Assembly: GCA_944389465.1 (NCBI GenBank)
Contig: CALXML010000001.1
Location: 487-64,486 of the forward strand
DNA from: an uncultured Alphaproteobacteria bacterium
GTDB lineage: Bacteria > Pseudomonadota > Alphaproteobacteria > Rs-D84
Reading direction: 5' to 3'
DNA: 64,000 nt
The notes under the pieces: generated by a model
Database searches by the model: none
What the model was told of the DNA's origin: nothing
The model's input: the letters and a program-made list of their open reading frames with translations, nothing else
In this document: one piece after another, positions 25,614-34,051 of the stretch
Numbering within the stretch: the stretch's first letter is position 1
Layout of the letters: every line of letters begins with the position of its first letter
Program-made: the position numbers and the translations under genes

Positions 25614-26804
25614 ATGTTTATGAAATTTTATGCACCAAATTCTTATAAACGTCAATGTATGGCGCGGGCACACGCACAACGTAAAATAAGTGTGAAAACA
25701 GATTGTGTGTCCGGTGGGACAATTGTTAATGCGCATGAACATGGATTTGGGGTGTTTGATGGTAATGGCAAATTTGTCGCGGCCAGTCGTCAAATGCGGG
25801 GGCATAATTGTCAATTTATACCGCGCGATATTCCGAACAATGTGCCGTATGTTGATGCGGATGTAATTTATTTTGGAAATGTATATCCGCATTTTGGACA
25901 CTTTTTGTTGGAACATATGAACAGGGCATATGGTTTATTACAGGACGGTATGCGCGATTTGCCAATTGTTTTGGTAAATAATCAAAATGTTAATCCGGTG
26001 CCGAAATATATTTATGATTTACTGGATGCGTTGGGTGTGTCGCGTGATAAAATTATAATTTTGAATGAAACAACAAAATTCAGAAATGTATATATTCCAC
26101 ATCAATCTTTTAATATTCCGCTGTATTATGCGGATGAATTTAGCAAACCTTTTGAATATATGGCCGCGCGGACGGATGGGGTTGGGTACGATAAAATTTA
26201 TGTATCACGTGCAAAATTGAAATCTGGTCGTACATATGGCGAAGATGGCATTCAGGAAATTTTTGCCAAAAATGGATTTCATATTATTTATCCTGAAACA
26301 ATGCCATTGACCGAACAAATCAGTTTTATGAAAAATTGCAGTGTGTTGGCGGGCTGTGCCGGTACTGCATTGCATTTGGCACTGTTTATGCCACGTGGTG
26401 GCACGGTTATACAAATAAAGCGTAATCGTGTTAACAAGGATAATTTTGATGTTCAAAATATGATAAATTCTGTGAAAAATTTTAATTCATATTATGTGGC
26501 GGCATCTGTTGAACGTGTACGCACGCCACACAGTACCAGTATGCCACAAATAATAGGGCTGACGAAATATATCAAGAAATTTTTTGATGACAATGGATTC
26601 AAATATTCGCCGAATGCGCAAATTCCAACTGATGATGATTGGCGCGAGTATAATGTCGCCATGGAAAAATTCAAGGCCGCCAGCAGTTCACCATTTATTT
26701 ACAAATTCAAAAATTTAATGATAAAACTGATGGCGTGCCTGATTATTGGGCGCGAACGTCGTGGTCGTTTTCGCAAAAATATGAAAACGTATTGGCGTTG
26801 TTAA
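25614..26804 (+). CDS. glycosyltransferase family 61 / DUF563-like
   Basis: FGNVYPHFGHFLLEHMNRAY and GCAGTALHLALFMPRGGTVIQI are typical of DUF563. Confidence 0.55.
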   Translation: MFMKFYAPNSYKRQCMARAHAQRKISVKTDCVSGGTIVNAHEHGFGVFDGNGKFVAASRQMRGHNCQFIPRDIPNNVPYVDADVIYFGNVYPHFGHFLLEHMNRAYGLLQDGMRDLPIVLVNNQNVNPVPKYIYDLLDALGVSRDKIIILNETTKFRNVYIPHQSFNIPLYYADEFSKPFEYMAARTDGVGYDKIYVSRAKLKSGRTYGEDGIQEIFAKNGFHIIYPETMPLTEQISFMKNCSVLAGCAGTALHLALFMPRGGTVIQIKRNRVNKDNFDVQNMINSVKNFNSYYVAASVERVRTPHSTSMPQIIGLTKYIKKFFDDNGFKYSPNAQIPTDDDWREYNVAMEKFKAASSSPFIYKFKNLMIKLMACLIIGRERRGRFRKNMKTYWRC

Positions 26805-28639
26805 GCGTCAGCGTTTTTGCGTGTTTTCTTTCTGATATTGCTGTCCAATTCTTTTTTGCGCAGACGAATCGTTGCGGGGGTGACCTCTACCAATTCATCA
26901 TCTTGGATATATGACAATGCTTCTTCCAATGAAATTTTGCGCGGTGGGGCCAAGAATAATTTTTCGTCGGCCGTGACAGAACGAACGTTTGTTAATTCTT
27001 TGCCGCGTACTGGATTTACCTCTAAATCATTTTCCTTGCTGTGTTCACCGATAATCATACCGGAATAAACCTCGGTCTGGGGGCCAACAAACAATACACC
27101 GCGTGGTTCCAAATTATGCAGTGCGTATGTTGTTGTAACACCGTTTTCCATGGATACCAATACACCGGGGCGATATTGCGATATTGGGCCGCGATATGGT
27201 TCGTATCCGGAAAAGACGCGGTTCATAACGCCAGTGCCACGTGTGTCTGTGCGAAATTCTGATAAATATCCAATCAGTCCGCGTGATGGGGCGGAAAATA
27301 CAATACGGGTTTTGCCGTTGCCGGATGCTTTCATTTCTGTGATTGTGGCCTTGCGCTTGGTCATTTTTTCAATTACAACGCCGGAAAATTCGTCATCAAC
27401 GTCAATAACAACTTCTTCTGTGGGTTCCAGTTTTTCACCGTTTTCACCATCCTGCATAACAACGCGCGGGCGTGATACACTTAATTCAAAGCCCTCGCGA
27501 CGCATGGTTTCAATTAAAATACCCAATTGTAATTCGCCACGACCGGAAACCTCAAACGATTCGTTGTTTGCACTTTGTGTAACACGCAGGGCGATGTTGG
27601 TTTCGGCCTCTTTGAATAATCTTTCGCCAATCATACGCGATGTTAATTTTTTACCAGAACGTCCCGCCAGTGGTGACGTATTTACGAAAAATGTCATGGT
27701 CAGGGTTGGGGGGTCAATCGGCATTGCAGGGATTGGTTCGGTAACACACGGGTCACACAATGTGTCTGCAACAGTTGCCCGTGTAAAGCCCGCCACAACC
27801 ACAATATCACCGGCGGATGCAGATTCCAATGATACCTTTTCAATACCGCGATGTTCAATAATTTTTGTAATTTTGGCGTTTTCAACCAATTCGCCATTCA
27901 TATTTATGGCTTTTACAGTTTGGCCAACGCGAACCGTGCCGGATTCTATTTTTCCGGTCAGTATTCGGCCAACGTATGGGTCTGCTTCCAACGTGGTGGC
28001 CAACATTGAAAAAGGTGCATCAATTTGGCAACGTGTGCCATTGCAATCGGGGGCAGGGACGTGGTCAATAATTAACTGAAACAGTGGGGTTAAATCACGA
28101 TGTTCATCGTTCAAATCGCGTACGGCCCAACCATCACGCCCGCATGCGTACAGGTATGGAAAATCCAATTGCGAATCGGTTGCACCCAATTTATCAAACA
28201 GGTCAAATGTTTCGGTTAAAACTTCGTCCGGACGGGCGTCGCTGCGGTCAATTTTGTTAATGCACACAATTGGACGCAGTCCCAGTTTTAATGCCTTGCT
28301 TAATACAAATTTAGTTTGGGGCAGCGGGCCTTCGGCCGCATCAACCAATAATACAACACCGTCAACCATTGATAAAATACGTTCCACTTCGCCACCAAAA
28401 TCAGCGTGACCGGGGGTATCCACAATATTGATTTTATAATCGCCCCATTGAACAGCCGTTGGTTTTGCAGATATGGTAATTCCGCGTTCGCGTTCCAAAT
28501 CACCACTGTCCATAACGCGTTCGGCAACCTTTTCATTTGCGCGGAATGTGCCGGCCTGTTTTAACATATTGTCAACCAGTGTGGTTTTGCCATGGTCAAC
28601 GTGTGCAATAATCGCAATATTTCTTATTTTCATAACCAT
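26801..28639 (-). CDS. typA: translational GTPase TypA/BipA
   Basis: IRNIAIIAHVDHGKTTLVD, DTPGHADFGGEVER, and EF-G-like domains throughout. The start may be the Met at 28633. Confidence 0.95.
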   Translation of the reverse strand: MVMKIRNIAIIAHVDHGKTTLVDNMLKQAGTFRANEKVAERVMDSGDLERERGITISAKPTAVQWGDYKINIVDTPGHADFGGEVERILSMVDGVVLLVDAAEGPLPQTKFVLSKALKLGLRPIVCINKIDRSDARPDEVLTETFDLFDKLGATDSQLDFPYLYACGRDGWAVRDLNDEHRDLTPLFQLIIDHVPAPDCNGTRCQIDAPFSMLATTLEADPYVGRILTGKIESGTVRVGQTVKAINMNGELVENAKITKIIEHRGIEKVSLESASAGDIVVVAGFTRATVADTLCDPCVTEPIPAMPIDPPTLTMTFFVNTSPLAGRSGKKLTSRMIGERLFKEAETNIALRVTQSANNESFEVSGRGELQLGILIETMRREGFELSVSRPRVVMQDGENGEKLEPTEEVVIDVDDEFSGVVIEKMTKRKATITEMKASGNGKTRIVFSAPSRGLIGYLSEFRTDTRGTGVMNRVFSGYEPYRGPISQYRPGVLVSMENGVTTTYALHNLEPRGVLFVGPQTEVYSGMIIGEHSKENDLEVNPVRGKELTNVRSVTADEKLFLAPPRKISLEEALSYIQDDELVEVTPATIRLRKKELDSNIRKKTRKNADA

Positions 28640-28792
28640 TGATAATTAACCCCGTATACTTAAAAAAATTCGTAACCAATAGATTATACTATAATTTCGC
28701 ATTTTCAACAAATATATGCTAAAAATATTGACGTTTTGTCTTTTTGTGTTATCTTTTTACATTACGCATTAAATTTTGTTAAGGGGATTTAT

Positions 28793-29206
28793 ATGACAGA
28801 TTATGAACAAAAAATAGCAAACTTTTTTAATTCTGTAATTGCAATATTGGATGAAAATTCCAAACGCGTCAAAGATGATAAAAAAGTCGCAGAAATTCAG
28901 GGTAATATTGAAAGTGTACGTAAAATTGCCAAAGTGCCACATTTAATGACTAATTTTCAGACGCGGTGGCGGTTGTGCCTGAACCCGACCAAGGCTGGAT
29001 TTACATATGATAAGATAAATGTTTATCCAGAATTTATAGAGGTATTAAACGCAATTCATATGTATTATAATTCTGATTTACCAAACAGAAATATAATATT
29101 GGGCCAGAAATTGCTGCATTGGAATATGGCTGTGTCTGCGAATAAATTTAACAGATTTGTTACCAAGTTAAGAAAGGCACGCGCAGATTTTGTTCGTTAC
29201 AGATAA
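28793..29206 (+). CDS. hypothetical protein (tandem paralog 1)
   Basis: AAGGGG RBS and ATG 28793. Shares the N-terminal pattern FF..V...L........K..E(I/L).Q.NI..V...A..P with 29288-29734. Confidence 0.5.
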   Translation: MTDYEQKIANFFNSVIAILDENSKRVKDDKKVAEIQGNIESVRKIAKVPHLMTNFQTRWRLCLNPTKAGFTYDKINVYPEFIEVLNAIHMYYNSDLPNRNIILGQKLLHWNMAVSANKFNRFVTKLRKARADFVRYR

Positions 29207-29287
29207 TGCCGTAGCTGTCATTTTTGTTTGACAAAACTGTGATTTTGTACTATATTATAATGTGTAAATAAAGTACAGGGGGCTGTA

Positions 29288-29734
29288 ATGATAGATTTTG
29301 ATGCAACACTGCAACAATTTTTTGCAGAAATTGTAAAATATTTAAATAATTTGGGTGCGCGTGCGCGCGACAAAGTTGAACTGGCACAAATCAAAAACGC
29401 AATCAGCGAAGTGGAACAGGTTGCCGCAAATCCGATAAAATATGCAGATTATGGTGCACGGGTTCAGGCAGGTTTGGAACGTCTGGATATGGCGGCGGCA
29501 TTTATGCCACGTGGCAGCAACGATAATCGCGTTTTTCTGTTGTATCAACGTGTTGTAAATAATATTGAAAAATTAGACAGCCAGTTTGCTGTTGAACGCG
29601 AACAGGGGCAAAAAGTTTTATTGGATGCCCTGAAGGCAATTAAATATAGAAATTCTGCCAGTTTGTTCAAGGGATTATATTTTCCATTTGTTTCAGCAGA
29701 AAAATTTGCCAGCAAAGTACAAAAACAAAGATAA
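29288..29734 (+). CDS. hypothetical protein (tandem paralog 2)
   Basis: 148-aa ORF preceded by GGGGG. Weakly similar to 28793-29206. Confidence 0.5.
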   Translation: MIDFDATLQQFFAEIVKYLNNLGARARDKVELAQIKNAISEVEQVAANPIKYADYGARVQAGLERLDMAAAFMPRGSNDNRVFLLYQRVVNNIEKLDSQFAVEREQGQKVLLDALKAIKYRNSASLFKGLYFPFVSAEKFASKVQKQR

Positions 29735-29749
29735 AACAAAAATAATAAA

Positions 29750-29776
29750 AAAAACCGGCGTTTGCCGGTTTTTTTA
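29750..29776. terminator. bidirectional intrinsic terminator
   Basis: AAAAAACCGGC-GTTTG-GCCGGTTTTTTT, between convergent genes. Confidence 0.7.
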
Positions 29777-31057
29777 TTAGTGTTTGCCACCAATTGTTTT
29801 GCGGCCACCCATTAATGGTTGCAATTTTTCAGGAATGTTCACACTGCCGTCCGCGTTTTGGTTGTTTTCCAAAAATGGTACCAGTGCGCGTGGTACGGCA
29901 ATACCGGTATTATTTAATGTTGCACAGAACTTAACCTCGTTCGTGCCGTTTTCACGGTAACGGGTGTTTGTGCGTCGTGCCTGAAATGTGCCAATGGATG
30001 AACAACTGCCGACTTCCTTGTATGCGTTTTCAGATGGGACCCATGCCTCTACATCATTCATTTTTACTTTGTTAAATCCCATATCGCCCGTTGAATTTGC
30101 AATTACGCGGTACGGCAGACCGAAATCAGCCATAACTTCGCACAGGTTGTTCAATAATAATTCATGCATTTCGTCGGACTGTTCTGGTTTACAGAATATG
30201 TATTGTTCAACCTTGTTAAATTGGTGAAAGCGTGCCAGACCACGGGTGTCACGACCGGCGGCACCGGCCTCTTTACGAAAGCATGGTGAAAATCCCGCGT
30301 ATTTAATTGGCAGCGCACTTTCCGGTAAAATTTCACCACTGTGCAGGGAATTTAATATTATTTCCGCCGTGCCGGCCAAACATCTGTCTGTGCCGGTTAA
30401 CATAAACACGTCGTTATTCATAATGGATAAATCAGAACCCATAAAGTGACCGGCATCAAATATAGTTTGTGGTTTTGTGATGGACGGGCATTCAATGAAT
30501 GTAAAGCCGCGGGCGATTAATTTTTGAATAACGTATGTTTCAATGGCTAATTGTAATTCAGCCGCTTCGCCAATCAGGCAATATGTGCGTGTGCCACAAA
30601 TTTGTGCGATTTTTTCAGGTGCCCACCATCCGTTCATATCCAACAAATCCCATTGGGCGCGTGGTGTAAAATCAAATTCACGTGGTGTGCCAACACGGCG
30701 CACCTCTGTATTTGCGCTGTCATCCGGTCCGATTGGGGCGGACGCATCTGGAATTTGTGGAACGCGGTGCAATAGGTCGTTTAATTTTGCTTCCTTGTCC
30801 GCCAGTTCGGCCATATCAGCCGCGATTTCATCACCAATTTGTTTTGAACGTGCAATCAATGGTGCTTTATCAGTGGCGGTTGGAATTTCGCGGGTGATTT
30901 TATTCTTTTCCGCGGTCATATTTTGTGTAACTGTTTTTAATTCGCGCACACGTGCATCCAGTGTCAAGATTTCATCAATATGGTCCTCAAATCCCTTGAC
31001 ACGACAGGCATTTTTTACTGTATCTGGGTTTTCACGAATAAATCTGATGTCCAACAT
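29777..31057 (-). CDS. serS: serine-tRNA ligase
   Basis: MLDIRFIRENPDTVK..., a coiled-coil N-terminal arm, and class II motifs (FRKEAGAAGRDTRGLARFHQF). Confidence 0.95.
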   Translation of the reverse strand: MLDIRFIRENPDTVKNACRVKGFEDHIDEILTLDARVRELKTVTQNMTAEKNKITREIPTATDKAPLIARSKQIGDEIAADMAELADKEAKLNDLLHRVPQIPDASAPIGPDDSANTEVRRVGTPREFDFTPRAQWDLLDMNGWWAPEKIAQICGTRTYCLIGEAAELQLAIETYVIQKLIARGFTFIECPSITKPQTIFDAGHFMGSDLSIMNNDVFMLTGTDRCLAGTAEIILNSLHSGEILPESALPIKYAGFSPCFRKEAGAAGRDTRGLARFHQFNKVEQYIFCKPEQSDEMHELLLNNLCEVMADFGLPYRVIANSTGDMGFNKVKMNDVEAWVPSENAYKEVGSCSSIGTFQARRTNTRYRENGTNEVKFCATLNNTGIAVPRALVPFLENNQNADGSVNIPEKLQPLMGGRKTIGGKH

Positions 31058-31322
31058 AGTTTTGTTTCCTTAAAAATTTATAATTTGTTAATTAAACGGA
31101 TTTTTTACATTTATATTATATTCAGATTAAAATTGCACCCCAAACGGGGATGAAGACAGTGATGAAGATAAAAATATAAATTTCATAATGATTAAATTTT
31201 ATTGCGTTGTGGCTTAAAAATCAACAAATTTTATGTATATTCAAAATTATTTGCGAATTAAAGCCAATTATGTTATTCTGATGCCCGACATAAATCATAA
31301 TAGTAAAGCAGGAGTTATTAAT

Positions 31323-32228
31323 ATGAATGATATTATTATGCACGATGTTTTAATTCTGGGGTCGGGGCCGGCCGGATTAACGGCGGCACTGTATTGCGCA
31401 CGTGCAGGTAAAAAGACTTTGGTTCTGGGGGGCGACACATTGGGTGGCCAGACTGCTGGCATCGCCGTATTGGAAAATTACCCCGGATGGCGCGGCAGTG
31501 GTTTGGAACTGTCACAATTTATGAAAACACAGGCCGAAAGTTTTGGCGCGGAAATAAAATTTGTTTCTGCTAAAAGTATTGATGGTGATGCCGAAAGTGG
31601 CTTTAACATATTATGTGATGATGGTAATCGTTATGTTGGTAAAACTGTTATAATCGCAACTGGTGCGTCCCCACGTAAACTGGAAATAGAGGGTGCACGT
31701 GAACTGTTCGGCAAGGGGGTTTCTTACTGTGCCACATGTGATGGATTTTTCTATTCTGAAAAAGAAGTCATCGTTATGGGGGGCGGTAATTCCGCATTGA
31801 ATGATGCACTGTATTTGGCTGATATTGCAAAAAATGTAAAAATAGTTTATCGCAAGGGCGCATTTACCCGTGCCGAGGCCATTCTGCGCAACCGTGTGGC
31901 TGAACGTGAAAATATTGAATGTTTGTTTAATACTGATTTGAAAAAAATTGCAAAAACGGACGATGACCGATTGGTTGTAACCACCACCGATGACGCAGAA
32001 ATCATTTGTGATGGTTTATTTGTCGCCATCGGGCACGAGGCCAACACCGACTATTTAACCGAAGATATTAAACGCGATAATATGGGCCGTTTATCCCCAA
32101 TTGAATTACCACGCGGTATGTTTGTCGCCGGCGACGTTGAATCAGAAATAAAAATGCAGATTGCAACGGCGGTCGGAACAGGATGTACTGCTGCCATGGA
32201 CGCCATTGCATACCTAAATCAATTATAA
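31323..32228 (+). CDS. trxB: thioredoxin-disulfide reductase
   Basis: ILGSGPAGLTAALYCARAG, redox-active CATCDG, and GGGNSA. Confidence 0.9.
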   Translation: MNDIIMHDVLILGSGPAGLTAALYCARAGKKTLVLGGDTLGGQTAGIAVLENYPGWRGSGLELSQFMKTQAESFGAEIKFVSAKSIDGDAESGFNILCDDGNRYVGKTVIIATGASPRKLEIEGARELFGKGVSYCATCDGFFYSEKEVIVMGGGNSALNDALYLADIAKNVKIVYRKGAFTRAEAILRNRVAERENIECLFNTDLKKIAKTDDDRLVVTTTDDAEIICDGLFVAIGHEANTDYLTEDIKRDNMGRLSPIELPRGMFVAGDVESEIKMQIATAVGTGCTAAMDAIAYLNQL

Positions 32229-32445
32229 TTGCACATCTGCTTGTGGTTGGCGTTGGTCACGTAACTCCCTGTACGTTCCCGTTGCCAACCACATGCGCAT
32301 CTGCACAATTCTAATTGATTTATGATTCGGATGTTGAAAACAGTGTTCGTGTAACTGTTTGTACACCCCCTGCGTTTTCCCGCACATATCTGGCCGGCTC
32401 TAATTGATTTGTTTTTTGTATTGGCGCATCTGCTTGTGGTTGTAT
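32228..32445. repeat. degenerate tandem ~88-bp repeats (about 2.3 units) with internal hairpins
   Basis: GC(A/G)CATCTGC occurs three times (32231, 32295, 32424), with the CTTGTGGTTG extension at 32231 and 32424 only. CTAATTGATTT occurs twice (32311, 32399). GTAACT..TGTAC occurs twice. There is a 10-bp stem TGTGGTTGGC/GCCAACCACA. Confidence 0.5.
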
Positions 32446-32456
32446 AATAAAAAAAT

Positions 32457-32485
32457 AACACGGATTTATCCCGTGTTGTTTTTTA
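32457..32485 (+). terminator. intrinsic terminator
   Basis: AACACGG-ATTTATC-CCGTGTT followed by GTTTTTT. Confidence 0.7.
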
Positions 32486-32503
32486 TAAAACTCATATTAT
32501 TAC

Positions 32504-32628
32504 TGGAAATAAACGGTGGTTTATTTTCGGCATAAGTTTTTATATCTTATAATATAATTTTGTCATATTTTCTGGGTAATTGTCAATTCTTGATTTTGCA
32601 TATTTTTAACCACCGTTTAGATTCGGCA
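32504..32628. promoter_or_regulatory. switch B: the same inverted-repeat core pair flanking a 90-bp AT-rich upstream segment (candidate invertible promoter/UTR segment)
   Basis: AAACGGTGGTTT (32511-32522) and TAACCACCGTTT (32607-32618) match in inverted orientation at 11/12. The left site has palindromic arms GGAAATAAA-CGGTGG-TTTATTTTCGGCAT. The right site is followed by the conserved TTTAGATTCGGCA...GGGGG...ATGCAA leader. Confidence 0.5.
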
Positions 32629-32648
32629 AGCAATTTGGGGGATGTATC

Positions 32649-33527
32649 ATGCAAAAATCAAGAAATTTTTTAAAAGTAATGTTGGATATTGTGTGTATGT
32701 TGTGTGTATCAAACGCATTCGCAATTACCCATGTGACAGAAGGGCAATATTATAATGATTGGTATAAAAGTGATTTTGTTAGCAGGTCTGGTTTTTCGGG
32801 CTTGGATTGTGTTGAAGAGGGCTCTGTAAATAATTTAAACCAAAATTACCGTGATGATGCGTGTAAGTTTTTCTTGGTAAATACGAATTATATTTGTGGT
32901 AATGCAGGAACAGGAATGAGTTATGATACACATGGTTTTGATGGTTTGCCTGATTGTGGGACTGTGTCATCTGCGTGTCAGGGGTATGATGTTATGATAT
33001 GGGATAACGTCGTGCCCGAACCAACGCCAATTGGATGTGCAAACCAATGCGACAATTTGTGTCGTGCTGATAATGGTTGGGAAGAATTGGATGAGTTTGA
33101 ATGTGCAATAAAGCAGTATTGGCGAAATAATACAAATTGTGTTTGTGATAAAGTTGGAACGCCAGAAATATATTATGAAGATTGTCAATGTCGTTATGAG
33201 TATTATTGTAACAGTAATTGTGACGCATCAGGAAACGGTGATGATATGCCAGAATGTTTGCCGTGTCCCCCAAATGCGACTTGTAATGGTGGAAACGAAT
33301 TAAGAAATTTTATTTGCAGCAGTGGTTATACAGTTGCATATGCATTAAATTCAATACGAACCCCCACTGGATGTTGCCCTGTGTTATTAGATAAAACTGG
33401 TTTGGGCCGATATTTGGTAGATGCCGAAAATGATTATAAATGTTATGCAAATGGTGGCAGCTCCACGTTTTCATTTACTGATTCAATTGGAACATTCTAT
33501 TTTACAGAAGACTGTGAATATAAATGA
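32649..33527 (+). CDS. Cys-rich secreted protein, family member B (intact start, ON configuration)
   Basis: Signal peptide MQKSRNFLKVMLDIVCMLCVSNAFA, about 34 Cys, CLPCPPNATCNGG motif, and C-terminal TDSIGTFYFTEDCEYK. Confidence 0.8.
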   Translation: MQKSRNFLKVMLDIVCMLCVSNAFAITHVTEGQYYNDWYKSDFVSRSGFSGLDCVEEGSVNNLNQNYRDDACKFFLVNTNYICGNAGTGMSYDTHGFDGLPDCGTVSSACQGYDVMIWDNVVPEPTPIGCANQCDNLCRADNGWEELDEFECAIKQYWRNNTNCVCDKVGTPEIYYEDCQCRYEYYCNSNCDASGNGDDMPECLPCPPNATCNGGNELRNFICSSGYTVAYALNSIRTPTGCCPVLLDKTGLGRYLVDAENDYKCYANGGSSTFSFTDSIGTFYFTEDCEYK

Positions 33528-33541
33528 TTAATTATTAATAA

Positions 33542-34051
33542 TCATTTTTTTCCAAAGTGTTTTTTTAGTGTATTATATGCGTCGGTGATTTTTGTAAATT
33601 GTTTTGCGGCCACGTCTTTGTCACCGGTTGCAGTGTCGGGGTGGTGGCGTTTTGCCAATGCACGATATTTGGCCGATATTTCACGCCATGATGCGGTAAT
33701 TGGTAAATCAAATGTTGCAAATGCAGATGTTATGCGACCAGACAGGTTTGTGCGACGGGGTGGGGCTTTATCAAATGTTGCACGACCTGTGATAAAATCG
33801 TTTAGAAATTTTATATAATCTGCATTGTCGGCGTCGGCCTGTTTTTTATCTTTTAATGGTGCGCCAAATGTTTGGCGTTCCCAATCTTCTTCTATTTCGT
33901 CGGGGGTCATACCGGCATAATAATTCCAATTTTTATTATATTCAGCCGCGTGTTCACGGCAAAACCACCAATAATCTGTTAAATCGCGGTTTTTGGGTGC
34001 ACGACAAGTACCGGCCTTGGTGCAACCAGCATGGTCACATTTTTTTATCAT
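33542..34051 (-). CDS. J-domain (DnaJ-like) protein with a Cys-rich N-terminus
   Basis: C-terminal J domain (ISAKYRALAKRHHPDTATGDKDVAAKQFTKITDAYNTLKK) and N-terminal CDHAGCTKAGTC..FCREH. Confidence 0.8.
   Translation of the reverse strand: MIKKCDHAGCTKAGTCRAPKNRDLTDYWWFCREHAAEYNKNWNYYAGMTPDEIEEDWERQTFGAPLKDKKQADADNADYIKFLNDFITGRATFDKAPPRRTNLSGRITSAFATFDLPITASWREISAKYRALAKRHHPDTATGDKDVAAKQFTKITDAYNTLKKHFGKK

Noticed and set aside
32228-32445. A CRISPR array
   Set aside because: The repeats are ~88 bp, diverged and contiguous, with no unique spacers, and there are no cas genes in the window.
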